A DNA stretch of 64,000 nt from Spirochaetia bacterium (GCA_965203905.1 CBDBDQ010000005.1:5776155-5840154); one strand, 5' to 3'; positions 18,460 to 28,544 are shown, counted from the stretch's first letter. A program made the numbers and translations. Notes: a model not told the origin generated them from the letters alone.

Positions 18460-19740
18460 CCATACTTGTAGAAGAACTGGGGGGCGAAGTTGTTGAGGTT
18501 CAGGCCCTCCTCGAACCAGGGGTGCGGAACGTCGGGCGTGTTGCCGATGTTGGGGCGCGAGATGAACACCATCGGCGACAGGCCGATCGTGCCGATCGTG
18601 CCGATCGTGCCGATCGTGAACAGGTTATCGGCCATCCACCGATGGAACCGGGTGCTCGCGTCGAAATACTCCTCGCTGTTGTAGACGAGGTTGATGCGGT
18701 TGCGGGCGAGCGTAAGCATCTCCTTGATCTCGTCCGGCGGCTCTTCGCCGGGCAGCACGCCGCCCTCGAAGTCGTCGAGGCTCGCCTGTCCTGCTTCGAT
18801 CCGCTCGTTGGCTTCGAACCACAGCCACCAAACCGGAGCATGAGACTGGAAGCCGGCCATGTCGCGCGACAGGAAGGTGTACATCTCGATGCCGTGCACC
18901 GGGTGACTGATCACGTCGGTATCAGGAGCTCGCGTGCGCTCGAACCACATGTTGCCGCCCACTTCCTTGACCTGCACCTCGAAGCCCAGGTCCTCCCAGA
19001 ATTCCTTGACCAGCTCGTGGCCCAGTGCAATGCCGTGGTGGATGATCGAGGCATATTCGATGGTGAGCAGGATCTTGCGCCCCTCGGCATCGCGGCGCAG
19101 GCCGTCGGAGCCGCGGGTCAGGCCCAGCTCGTCCAGCATGCGGTTGGCCTCGTACGGAGCGTAGCGGGCATATGGATGACTCTCCGCCCACTCCGCCTGG
19201 TAGAAGCTGGTGCCGGGAAGCACCGACGCGTGGCGCGGGGTGGCAAAGCCGGAGAAGGCGACGCGGTTGACCTCGTCGCGGTCGATGCCGAGCGACATCG
19301 CCTGCCGGAACTTGAGGTTGTTGGTACAGCTCGCGGCGCACCGGGTCGGGGTGGTTGAGGTTGAATCCGTAGGCTGCCTCGTTGCCCTCCACGCCCGGGA
19401 TCAGCTTGACCACGTAGTTGCCGGCCTCCTCGTTCTGCTTGTACAGGGTGTAGTTGTCGAGCGTGGCGGAGAGGAACGCGATGTCGGCCTCGCCGGCGAT
19501 GATCTTCAGGTCGTAGGTCTCCTTCTCGACCAGCTCGGAAACGATCTTGTCCACGTAGGGAAGCTGGTTGCCGGCCTGGTCCACCTGGTGGAAGTAGGGG
19601 TTGCGCACGTACGCGCGAATCGTGGTGGTCTGCTCGGTGAACATCCACGGGTCGATGCGCGGGCGGTCAAGGTCATGGGTGGGCACGATACTGACGTGAT
19701 GGTTGAACGCCTCGCCCCAGTTCTCGAAGCCCAAATCGCA
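18460..19740 (-). pseudogene. Family-5 (peptide/nickel-type) ABC substrate-binding protein, N-terminally truncated and frameshifted
   Basis: Two frames: ...AYGFNLNHPDPVRRELY then, shifted, NNLKFRQAMSLGIDRDEVNRV... Frameshift near 19310-19330. No signal peptide or N-terminus. Confidence 0.7.
18583..18618. repeat. Perfect 9-bp tandem repeat CCGATCGTG x4 (encodes TIGTIGTIGTIG on the minus strand)
   Basis: Directly visible at 18583-18618. Confidence 0.95.
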
Positions 19741-19867
19741 GTGTACGTGGCCGCGAAAAATGGTGCCAGTGCGGGCGGGTGCGCTTGGCGTGCAAGCGTA
19801 GGGCCGCGTCGAGCAGCGCTGACGAGATGGGTTCCGGCGCGGCTGGTTGCGGGGTATGGTCGGCCTC

Positions 19868-20776
19868 ATGAAGCGCATGATCATCGACTGCGATCCCGGC
19901 CTCGACGACGCCATTGCGCTCATCCTCGCGCACTGGTGTGCCGAAATAGTGGGGATCACCACGGTGAGCGGCAACGTGCCGCTGGCGGCCACCACCGCCA
20001 ACGCGCTGATGCTGACCGCGCTGCTGGACGTGGACACCCCGGTGCACGGCGGAGCATCGCGCCCGCTTGCCGAGGAACCCACCTACGCGGGGCACGTGCA
20101 CGGGGAGTCGGGCATGGGCGACTTCGAAGCGCCGGCGCACGACCGCACCGCTGCCAGCGACGACGCGGTGTCGTTTCTGCTCGACGCGGCGGAGCCCGAC
20201 CTGTGGGTGGTGGCAGTCGGACCGCTGACCAACCTGGCGCTGGCGATCGAGCGCGACCCGGCCTGGGTGAAACGGATCGCCGGCATCTCGATCATGGGCG
20301 GCAGCACCGCGGGCGGCAACGTGACAGCGGCCGCCGAGTTCAACATCTACGCCGATCCGGAGGCGGCGGCGCGGGTGTTCGCCTCAGGCGCCGAGATCAG
20401 AATGTGCGGACTGAACCTGACCGACCAGGTGCAGACCGGCGATGCGCTGGCTGCCAAACTGCGTGCTGCCGGTACGCCGCTGGCGCGGTTCGCCGCCCAG
20501 TTGTTCGACTTCCTGCACGGGGTTATGGAGGACCTGCTCGGCGAGCGCGCCAGTTCGCTGCACGACCCCTGCGCGGTGCTGGCGGTCACTCATCCCGAGC
20601 TGTTCGAGTTCGCGCCGCGGGCAGTCGGCGTGGAGTTGGCAGGCGCCCTCACCCGCGGCATGACCGTGGTCGACGAGCGGCCGGGACGCCTCGGCGGGCC
20701 GCCCAACGCCCAGGTTGCCTACCGCATCGACGCGGCACGCGCCATGGCGCTGGTGCGGGAGTCGCTGGGCGCGTGA
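19868..20776 (+). CDS. Nucleoside hydrolase (IunH family)
   Basis: MKRMIIDCDPGLDDAIALILA N-terminal aspartate cluster, EFNIYADPEAA. Confidence 0.85.
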   Translation: MKRMIIDCDPGLDDAIALILAHWCAEIVGITTVSGNVPLAATTANALMLTALLDVDTPVHGGASRPLAEEPTYAGHVHGESGMGDFEAPAHDRTAASDDAVSFLLDAAEPDLWVVAVGPLTNLALAIERDPAWVKRIAGISIMGGSTAGGNVTAAAEFNIYADPEAAARVFASGAEIRMCGLNLTDQVQTGDALAAKLRAAGTPLARFAAQLFDFLHGVMEDLLGERASSLHDPCAVLAVTHPELFEFAPRAVGVELAGALTRGMTVVDERPGRLGGPPNAQVAYRIDAARAMALVRESLGA

Positions 20777-20786
20777 CGGCCGGACC

Positions 20787-21617
20787 TTACTCGGAGCCGG
20801 CGATCACCGTGTCGCGGCCGAGCCCCTCGGGGCCCAGTCCCAGGTAGCCGCCGTCCACCGGCAGGTCGGCGCCGGTCACGAACGAGGCGTCGTCGCTGAG
20901 CAGGAACAGGATCGGCCCGGCACACTCCAGCGGCTCGCCGCAGCGCTCCAGCATGTGGAAACGGCCCCAGATCGGGCCCCACTTGTCGCGCCCGCCGCCA
21001 TCCATCTGCGCCGCCTTCAGCACCTCGCGGGTCCAGATCCAGCCCGGGCTGACGCTGTTGACGCGGATGCCGTACGGAGCCAGGTCGAGGGCCATGCAGC
21101 GGGTCAGGTTGTGCACCGCGCCCTTGGCGGCGTTGTAGGTCCAGCGCTGCGGCTGCGCGATGTGCGCGGAGATGCTGGACACGTTGACGATCGCCCCGCC
21201 GCCGCCGGCGCGCATCGGCTCGGCGACCGCGGAGGTCATGGTGGCGTAGGCCACCGGTCCCACCTGCAGGCTGCGCTCCCACTCCTCCCGCCGCGCGGCC
21301 AAGCCCGCGGCAATGAACGAGAAGGCGTTGTTCACCAGGTAGTCCACCCTGCCCCACCGCGCCACCGTGTCGGCCACCAGCCGCCGGCAGAACGCCTCGT
21401 CGGCCAGGTCGCCGCACAGCCCCAGCACGTCGTGGCCGGCGTCCGCCAGCTCGCGTCCGGCCTGCTCCACCAGCTCGGGTTCGATCCCGGCGAAGGCCAC
21501 CGCGGCCCCCTCGCGGCACAGCTCCCCGACCACGGCGCGGCCGATCCCCGCCGACCCGCCGGTGACCACGGCGCAGCGCCCGGCAAAACGGCCGTCGATT
21601 GCGTTCCTCTGGTTCAT
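20787..21617 (-). CDS. SDR-family oxidoreductase
   Basis: VVTGGSAGIGRA, NNAF, YNAAKGAV motifs. Confidence 0.9.
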   Translation of the reverse strand: MNQRNAIDGRFAGRCAVVTGGSAGIGRAVVGELCREGAAVAFAGIEPELVEQAGRELADAGHDVLGLCGDLADEAFCRRLVADTVARWGRVDYLVNNAFSFIAAGLAARREEWERSLQVGPVAYATMTSAVAEPMRAGGGGAIVNVSSISAHIAQPQRWTYNAAKGAVHNLTRCMALDLAPYGIRVNSVSPGWIWTREVLKAAQMDGGGRDKWGPIWGRFHMLERCGEPLECAGPILFLLSDDASFVTGADLPVDGGYLGLGPEGLGRDTVIAGSE

Positions 21618-21755
21618 GGGTTGACCAAGACTCTCGGAGATCGACTACCGCCGCGTCAAGCAGCTCGGAGCAGTGGGAGCACTGGCATCTTCCCGGCGTC
21701 CAGGTATGCCGCAGTCCGTTGCACAACCGGGTCGGATTGGGCAGCCTCAGGCATC

Positions 21756-22424
21756 GTGAGCGCGGTTGGATTTCGCGTCCACGTCATGGGCAACAGCGGA
21801 TCGGGCAAGACGACGCTCGCCGCACGGCTGGCGCAGGCGCTGGACGCTGACCTGGTAGAGCTCGACGCGCTCAACTGGGAACCGGGGTGGGTCGCGCTCA
21901 ACGAGTCGGCCCCGGAGGAGTTGGAACGCCGCTTTCGTGCCGCTACCGAAGGTAAACGCTGGGTGAGCGCCGGGTCGTACACCCGCCTGTGCCAGCGCGC
22001 CTTCTGGCCGCGGCTCGATACCATCGTGTGGCTGGATATGCCGTTGCGGGTGTGTGTCTGGCGGCTGCTGCGGCGCACCTGGCGGCGCTGGCGTTCGCGC
22101 GAACTGCTGTGGGGCACCAACTACGAGCGGCTGGGCCACCTGCTGAAGATCTGGCGCCGGGACAACCTGCTGCTGTGGACCGTGACCCAACACGCCCGCA
22201 AGCGGAACGCCATGCTTGCCCACCTGGCCGATCCCAGGTGGACCCACATCCGCTTCGTACGGCTGACCTCGGCGCGCGAAGTGGAGGCGTTTGTCGCCGC
22301 GGTCGCTGCTCGCTCGTGCTCCAGCGGTCAGCACCGTAATGCGATGAGGACGCCGGAGATAAGGCACCGGACGATACTTGTGCTGGACGCCATGGGAGTG
22401 ATGTATCAGCCCGCGGCACGGTAA
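21756..22424 (+). CDS. P-loop kinase-like protein (adenylate-kinase / topology-modulation FlaR-like)
   Basis: GTG 21756; RVHVMGNSGSGKTTLAARLA Walker A at the N-terminus. The upstream part of the listed 569-aa ORF is a shadow frame of the SDR gene. Confidence 0.55.
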   Translation: MSAVGFRVHVMGNSGSGKTTLAARLAQALDADLVELDALNWEPGWVALNESAPEELERRFRAATEGKRWVSAGSYTRLCQRAFWPRLDTIVWLDMPLRVCVWRLLRRTWRRWRSRELLWGTNYERLGHLLKIWRRDNLLLWTVTQHARKRNAMLAHLADPRWTHIRFVRLTSAREVEAFVAAVAARSCSSGQHRNAMRTPEIRHRTILVLDAMGVMYQPAAR

Positions 22425-22524
22425 CACCGCCCGCGACGAGCGCGCGTGGCCCGAACACGGCGGTGGAGAATCCAACCGCGATGGCGGCGTACCGGCCGGC
22501 GGCCACGCCTCGCGACAGGCGATG

Positions 22525-23577
22525 CTACAGGAGATCCTCGTTCAGGCGGACCCCGAATCCCGGCTCGTCGCCCGGTTCGATGGTGCCGTCGATCACCTCC
22601 GGCTCGCCCAGCCACAAGTCTTCGCGCGGCTCCTGCCAGCGCTGCGGCATGGTCTCGGCAAGGTCCAGGCAGTCGGTCGCCACGATCAGGTGCAGTCCCC
22701 ACGGCTCGCCGCCGCGGTGCGGAACCACCGGCACGCCGTGGCGGCGCGCCAGCTCCAGGATGCGCAGCGTGCCGGTGATGCCCCCGGCCCAGGTCACGTC
22801 CGGCTGCCACAGGTCGAGCGCACGGTGGCGGGCGATCGCCGCGAACGCCGCCGGCGTGAAGTCGTGCTCGCCGCCCGCCAGCAGCACCGGCTTGATGCGC
22901 GGGCGCAGCGCGGCCAGTTCGGCCAGGTGCTCAGGGGTCGCCACGTCCTCGAACCAGTACGGCGCGTACGGCGCCAGCAGCTCGCCCATGCGGGCGGCCA
23001 CCGCCACCGGCCACGACAGGTAGCAGTCGACCATCAGGCGCGCCGCGGGTCCCAGCGCCGCCCGCGCGGCCGCCAACCGCTCGCCGGCGCTGTCGAAGTC
23101 CGCCTCGGTCCGCCAGCGGTGGGACAGCTTCAGCGCCCCGTAGCCGTAGCGCGCCGCCAGCTCCAGGTCGCCGCCGGTGGCGTAGGCGGTCACCCGTTCC
23201 TTGGTGCGCGGGCCGATCAGCCGGTGCACCGGAACCCGCTCCGCGCGCGCCAGCGCGTCCCAGAGCGCCAGGTCGACCCCGCTCAGCGCCATCTGTGCCA
23301 GGCCGCCTCGCCCGTAGGGGATCGAAACCCGGTACAGTTCATCCCACGCCGCGGCGATGTCGTCGACGCCGTCGAGCGAGCGCCCCACCAGAAACCGGCG
23401 CAGGTGGTCGTTGATCACCTGCACCGCCGGCTGACCGCCGCCACCGTAGCCGTGGCCGACCACCCCCACGTCGGTGTCCACGCGCACCGCGATCTGCCAG
23501 AAGTGAGCCTGCCACGCAGCGGCCGGCGGCAGGCGACGCCACTTGGGGTAGGCAGCCCGCACCTCGGTTACCGTCAT
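22525..23577 (-). CDS. Enolase-superfamily enzyme (mandelate racemase / acid-sugar dehydratase-like)
   Basis: MTVTEVRAAY...; ALSGVDLALWDALAR; LMVDCY; WFEDV; GEHDF metal-ligand pattern. Confidence 0.8.
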   Translation of the reverse strand: MTVTEVRAAYPKWRRLPPAAAWQAHFWQIAVRVDTDVGVVGHGYGGGGQPAVQVINDHLRRFLVGRSLDGVDDIAAAWDELYRVSIPYGRGGLAQMALSGVDLALWDALARAERVPVHRLIGPRTKERVTAYATGGDLELAARYGYGALKLSHRWRTEADFDSAGERLAAARAALGPAARLMVDCYLSWPVAVAARMGELLAPYAPYWFEDVATPEHLAELAALRPRIKPVLLAGGEHDFTPAAFAAIARHRALDLWQPDVTWAGGITGTLRILELARRHGVPVVPHRGGEPWGLHLIVATDCLDLAETMPQRWQEPREDLWLGEPEVIDGTIEPGDEPGFGVRLNEDLL

Positions 23578-23714
23578 CGGTACCACGTTACCGTCGGAAC
23601 GGCCCGGGTTCCCATTGGGCGGTGCACCGACCGTGTGATCGCGGCGCCGCGGGCCGGCTGCCAACCTCCTTGGTGAGGCCCGGTTGAGATCCCAAATCCT
23701 CGCCTAAGCACCGA

Positions 23715-23955
23715 ATTCTCTCGCGAATTCGCGAATCGGCAGAACTTCCCGAATCTACTCTGAAGTTCGCGATTTCGCGAAATATCGGACTCCCTAGGCA
23801 AAATATCGAACGAGTGCAAGTAAATCGTTTCTCCAAAAAAAGTTGATGAGAACAGTCAACATCGTAGACCAATGAGATGAAAATCAATCTGTCAAATTCA
23901 CGAATTGGCGCGAGTCGCGAAACTGACCAAAATTCGCCATTTCGCGAATGGACCG
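23715..23955. promoter_or_regulatory. AT-rich divergent intergenic region with four paired TCGCGAA-type boxes
   Basis: CTCGCGAATTCGCGAATC (23720), TTCGCGATTTCGCGAAAT (23766), GGCGCGAGTCGCGAAAC (23907), TTCGCCATTTCGCGAATG (23932). Confidence 0.3.
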
Positions 23956-24149
23956 ATGGAGTGTCATTTTAAGTCTATACAACGCTTGGGAACGCAAATT
24001 CATGCTCTACAATACTTTGCGTAAGATTCAGCATGGGCGGCGAGGGCCAGTGAGGTTTCCAAGTTGTTGACCGGCACGGATCGAACGGACCACACTCGCC
24101 TCCGCAGAAGTCTTCGACTGATAGTCGGATCCCATGTAATTGTGAAGCG

Positions 24150-26012
24150 ATGATCTACAGAATCATGCGGCACAGCACCGCCGGGCTGCTGGCGGCGGTA
24201 CTCTTGCTCTTTGGGGCGGCCGTGGTGCCGGCGGACGATGCCCCGGGAGTGGCGTGGCGCTTGGTGCGAGGCGGTGGCGGATTGACCTCCGCTAAGGGAA
24301 CAACCGGCATGGACCTGCGGGGCGTCGCTTCGAACGGCGAAATCTACGTCGCGGTTGGAGCTGCGGGAACCATCGCCCACAGCAGCGACGGCAACCGCTG
24401 GGTCGAGGCAAGCAGCTTCGGCGCTACCGAAAACTGGCTCAATGACGTCGCCTGGGGTAACGACCGCTTCGTGGCAGTCGGCGACTACACCATCATTCAC
24501 AGCAACGATGGCGATCTCTGGCAGTCGGCGAGACGAGTCGATTGGTACAGTTTGGTGAGTGTTGCCTGGGGCAACGGGCGCTTCGTCGCGGTCGGCGACG
24601 ACGGCACGGTAGTGCTCAGCGACGACGGCATCCATTGGCGAGAAGCACGGGAACGCGTTGCCCACGCCAACCTTAGCAGCATCGCTTGGGGTGGCCATCG
24701 GTTCGTTGCGGTCGGAGACGCTGGCATTATCGTGCATAGCGAGGATGGAGACCGCTGGCATCCGGCAGGAGACACCGCCACCTCGACTGCGCTCTACGGC
24801 GTCGCCTGGAGTGGTAAACGGTTCGTGGCAGTCGGCGGCGACAACCTCCTGCACAGCAGCGATGGCGAACGCTGGCAGCCGGTCAGTAGCTTGGCAGGCG
24901 GAGACTCCGGATGGCTTCACGATGTCGCGTGGAGCGGAGGGCGCTTCGTGGCGGTTGGCGACTATGCGATCCTGTACAGCAGCGACGGTGATCGCTGGCA
25001 GCCGGCGACCACGCACATCGACACCCCACTCACCGGTGTCGCCGGGAGCGCCGCAGGATTCGTGGCCGTCGGCTGGGGCGGGACGATCCTGCACAGCAGC
25101 GACGGGATCCGCTGGGATGCCGCAACCGAGGTTGGCGACGGCGTTCCTCTTCCCGATCTCGATGGTGTCGCCTGGAGTGGTGAACGGTTCGTGGCCGTCA
25201 GCGGCAGGACCGACTCCATCGTGCACAGTCTGGACGGGGAGCACTGGCAGGAAGCAGCGGCGGCGATGCCCCTGTACGGTCTGAGTGGCGTCGCGTGGGC
25301 CGGCGACCGGTTCGTGGCCGCCGGCCACTCGATAGGACTCAGCGAAGATGGTATCCGGTGGCGCAACTCGCGCATGTGGGTGCACGGTGACCTCACCGCG
25401 GTGGCATGGAATGGAGAACTCCACGTAGCGGTAGGCCACGAGGGGGTGATCCTACACAGCGACAACGGAGACTGGTGGTCACCGGCTGCCGACAGCGCAA
25501 CCGCGGAGACCCTGACCGACGTAGCCTGGAATGGCGAACGCTTCGTCGCTGTAGGCCACCACGGCGCCATCGTGCATAGCAGCGACGGTGATCACTGGCA
25601 GCCAGCGAGCGAGCCCGCCGTGCCGTTCCGGGCCGCACGCCCGGATGACGCCCCGCACCGGGTCTACTACAGCTTCAGCGGGATCGTCTGGAACGGCGAG
25701 CGCTTCGTCGCGGTCGGATGGGGAGGTAATGACAACTTAGGCGCGGTGGTGCACAGCAGCGATGGTGATCGCTGGGAGTTGGCCGCCGATCACGACCACC
25801 TCGCCGACGAGCACTTCAACGCGATCGCGTGGAGCGGCAAACTGTTCGTGGCGGTCAGCTACTTCGATGGCACGATCATGCTCAGTACGGACGGCGACCG
25901 TTGGGAGCGGACCACTGAGATTGCGACCGTCGACACCCTGGAAGACATCACCTGGGGCAACGGGCGCTTCGTGGCGGTGGGACGCAACGGAACCATCGTC
26001 GTCAGTCCGTGA
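24150..26012 (+). CDS. Secreted beta-propeller repeat protein with 13 Asp-box (BNR, S-x-D-G-x-x-W) repeats
   Basis: Signal-peptide-like N-terminus (LLAAVLLLFGAAVVPADD). Repeated module L.DVAW.G.RFVAVG..G.I.HS.DG..W about every 40 aa. Confidence 0.75.
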   Translation: MIYRIMRHSTAGLLAAVLLLFGAAVVPADDAPGVAWRLVRGGGGLTSAKGTTGMDLRGVASNGEIYVAVGAAGTIAHSSDGNRWVEASSFGATENWLNDVAWGNDRFVAVGDYTIIHSNDGDLWQSARRVDWYSLVSVAWGNGRFVAVGDDGTVVLSDDGIHWREARERVAHANLSSIAWGGHRFVAVGDAGIIVHSEDGDRWHPAGDTATSTALYGVAWSGKRFVAVGGDNLLHSSDGERWQPVSSLAGGDSGWLHDVAWSGGRFVAVGDYAILYSSDGDRWQPATTHIDTPLTGVAGSAAGFVAVGWGGTILHSSDGIRWDAATEVGDGVPLPDLDGVAWSGERFVAVSGRTDSIVHSLDGEHWQEAAAAMPLYGLSGVAWAGDRFVAAGHSIGLSEDGIRWRNSRMWVHGDLTAVAWNGELHVAVGHEGVILHSDNGDWWSPAADSATAETLTDVAWNGERFVAVGHHGAIVHSSDGDHWQPASEPAVPFRAARPDDAPHRVYYSFSGIVWNGERFVAVGWGGNDNLGAVVHSSDGDRWELAADHDHLADEHFNAIAWSGKLFVAVSYFDGTIMLSTDGDRWERTTEIATVDTLEDITWGNGRFVAVGRNGTIVVSP

Positions 26013-26098
26013 CTGCGCCGCGAGTTGGACGAGGACGCCGCGGCGCCAGCCAAGGATGGTGACGTCCGTACGACCGGCCACCGCTGGGAGGACGAACG

Positions 26099-27202
26099 AT
26101 GACACTCGTCAGAATGCTGCGATGCATTGCAGCCACGCTGCTGGCATCGGTGGCCGTGGGCACGGTCTTCGCGCACGACACCGAAAGCATGGAAGATCTC
26201 ACCCGCGCCGCCGAGCGCGGGGATGCGGAGTCCCAATTCGACCTGGGATTCATGTACGCGACGGGCTTCGGCGACTTCGAATCTGACAGCGCCGAGGCGC
26301 TCACTTGGTATCGCCGGGCGGCCGAACAGGGACTCGCCCAGGCTCAAAGCGTCCTGGGCGGTATGTACGCGCGGGGCGACATCCTGGAGCAAGACTTCAC
26401 CCAGGCTGCGACTTGGTGCCTGCTTGGCGCCGAACAGGATGACGCCGAGGGGCAGCTCTGCATGGCCTTGTTGTATGCCGGCGGCTGCGGCGTCGAGCAG
26501 GACTATGCGGAATCCGCCCGGTGGTATCTCCTGGCCGCCAACCAGGGGACCGGGGAGGCTCAGGCCAGACTCGGCGACATGTACGCCAATGGTGAGGGTG
26601 GTGTCCAGCGGGATCCCGTCGAAGCGGACAAGTGGTACCGGCGAGCCGTTGAGCCGGGCACCTACCACTCCACGAAGGTGGCCGGTGTCGAAATCTTCTC
26701 CGGTCGGCATCTCTTGTTCCACCTCTTCGTGCTTGCCAGGCTGTACCAGAACGGTATCGGCATTCCCCATAATGACGTCGCGGCATACAAGTGGCTCGAC
26801 ATCAAGAACCGCCTGCTGTCCGACGGGTCTGGCACGATGACTTCGGAGGGCACGCCGCCGGAACTCGACAATCTGGCGAAGAGAATGACAAGCGAACAGG
26901 TGGCTGAGGCGCAGCGCGCGGCCGATGCGTTTCTCGCAACCTACCGGATCGACTCGTACGAGGTCTGGCGCCGTATGGCCAGCATGAGGTCTTTGCCAAA
27001 GGAGGCACGGGTAAAGCGTGTGTCGAGAGCGCTCTATCCCGTGGCCCGTTTGGGGTATCCGGTGGCTCGTTGGTGGTGGCGGACTCGATCTGCCGTTCGC
27101 GCGAGGATCTCTCCTCCCGTCATCCCTGAGGCCCCGATGACGACTGGGAGCCGCGGCACGCCGGCGTGCAGAGCCGCCACGACCAGCTCCATAAACAGGT
27201 GA
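26099..27202 (+). CDS. Sel1-like (SLR/TPR) repeat protein with signal peptide
   Basis: Repeated A..WYR.AAEQG.A.AQ..LG.MY..G.GV..D units. The C-terminal about 70 aa look non-repeat, so the end is uncertain. Confidence 0.8.
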   Translation: MTLVRMLRCIAATLLASVAVGTVFAHDTESMEDLTRAAERGDAESQFDLGFMYATGFGDFESDSAEALTWYRRAAEQGLAQAQSVLGGMYARGDILEQDFTQAATWCLLGAEQDDAEGQLCMALLYAGGCGVEQDYAESARWYLLAANQGTGEAQARLGDMYANGEGGVQRDPVEADKWYRRAVEPGTYHSTKVAGVEIFSGRHLLFHLFVLARLYQNGIGIPHNDVAAYKWLDIKNRLLSDGSGTMTSEGTPPELDNLAKRMTSEQVAEAQRAADAFLATYRIDSYEVWRRMASMRSLPKEARVKRVSRALYPVARLGYPVARWWWRTRSAVRARISPPVIPEAPMTTGSRGTPACRAATTSSINR

Positions 27203-27408
27203 GAGGAGATCCGCCACGCGGCAGGGTGGGAAGCGTCTGGCGCGCGTGAGGCGATCGCCGAACGGCTGGTACGGCCGCGCATTGGTGGCCCACGTGCAGG
27301 TGAAGCGCGTTCGCCTTTAGCTCGCCTGGGAGATCCCGCGGTTGACCGGCGGCGGAAAAACATCGACGATTGGGCAGCGTCCGACTCGCAGAACACGGAG
27401 GTATCGAA

Positions 27409-28542
27409 ATGCCAATGACCGGCACGGCGCCGATCGCGGCTCCCGGCTGGACGGCGCAGAAGGAGACCGGCGTCCGCATCGTGGACTGCGACGTCCACCA
27501 CAGCTTCGAGAGCCCCGAGCAGCTCCTCCCCTACCTGTCCAAGTTCTACCAGGAGCACCTGTACGACCAGGGGCTGCACTTCGCCGGCGGCGGCTACCCC
27601 AACACCCCGTTCCGCAAGACGCGCAACGACCTCAAGGACCCCGACCTCAAGCGGCGCGACTTCAACTTCAGCCTGGAGTTCACGCAGCGGGAGTTACTGG
27701 ATCGCTGGAACATCGACGTGGCCCTGTTGACCGGGTCTCCTTCCGACATCTACGGGGCGGCCGGCGTGGCCGACCCCGACTGGGGCGCCGCGCTGTGCCG
27801 GGCGTTCAACGATTACACCATCGAGCACTGGCTGGAGCGCGACGAACGGGTGGTGCAGGCGATCCTGGTGGCGCCCACCGACCCGGCGCAGGCGGTGGCC
27901 GAGATCAGGCGTCTCGCGGGGCGCAAGGACACGGCCGCCGTGCACATACCGATGAACACCGCCATGCCGTTCGGCAACCGCTTCTACCACCCGATCTGGG
28001 AAGCGTGCGCCGAGCACGGCCTGCCGGTGGTGTCGCACATCGGCGGCTCCGGTCCCAGCGGCAACACCATGACCCCGGTGGGTTATCCCACCTACTACAT
28101 GGAGACGCGCATGGCGCGGCCGATGGCGGCCAGCGCGCAGGCGGCGTCGCTGATATGCGAAGGGGTGTTCGAGAAGTTTCCGACGCTGAAGTTCGCCATG
28201 ATCGAGGTGCAGCAGCTCTGGGCGGTGTCGGTGATGTGGCACATGGACTTCGACTGGAGGGCGATCCGCGACCAGACCCCCTGGCTCAAGCGGCTGCCCA
28301 GCGAGTACTTCCGCGACCACATCCGGGTCGGCACCCAGCCGATGCACGAGCCGGAGCGTCCCGAACAGTTGCAGCAGATGCTGGAGATGCTGCACGCCGA
28401 TGAGACGCTGGTGTTCTGCAGCGACTTCCCCCACTTCGACCAGAATGACCCGGTGACGGTGCTGCCCGGCATCTCCGACCACATGCGCCGGCGCATCTTC
28501 TGCGACAACGGGCTGGAGATGCTGCGCATGCCCGAGGCGTAG
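27409..28542 (+). CDS. Amidohydrolase-2 family (ACMSD-like) metal-dependent hydrolase/decarboxylase
   Basis: ATG 27409 after GGAGG; VDCDVHH..., FCSDFPHFD. Confidence 0.8.
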   Translation: MPMTGTAPIAAPGWTAQKETGVRIVDCDVHHSFESPEQLLPYLSKFYQEHLYDQGLHFAGGGYPNTPFRKTRNDLKDPDLKRRDFNFSLEFTQRELLDRWNIDVALLTGSPSDIYGAAGVADPDWGAALCRAFNDYTIEHWLERDERVVQAILVAPTDPAQAVAEIRRLAGRKDTAAVHIPMNTAMPFGNRFYHPIWEACAEHGLPVVSHIGGSGPSGNTMTPVGYPTYYMETRMARPMAASAQAASLICEGVFEKFPTLKFAMIEVQQLWAVSVMWHMDFDWRAIRDQTPWLKRLPSEYFRDHIRVGTQPMHEPERPEQLQQMLEMLHADETLVFCSDFPHFDQNDPVTVLPGISDHMRRRIFCDNGLEMLRMPEA

Positions 28543-28544
28543 CG

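Noticed and set aside
18583-18618. Short tandem repeats as a possible CRISPR array.
   Set aside because: The units are 9 bp and contiguous with no spacers, and they lie inside a decayed coding frame. This is a microsatellite, not a CRISPR array. No CRISPR-like repeat-spacer structure was seen anywhere in the window.
22300-22424. HAD-hydrolase-like start (RTILVLDAMGVMYQ) at the end of the kinase-like ORF.
   Set aside because: Only about 15 residues are present, then a stop and a convergent gene. This is too short to call as a fragment.
27000-27370. Possible gene fragment on the minus strand (…HLFMELVVAALHAGVPRLPVVIGASGMTGGEILARTADRV…).
   Set aside because: I could not match it to any family with confidence. 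It overlaps the tail of the Sel1 ORF, so it is left unannotated.
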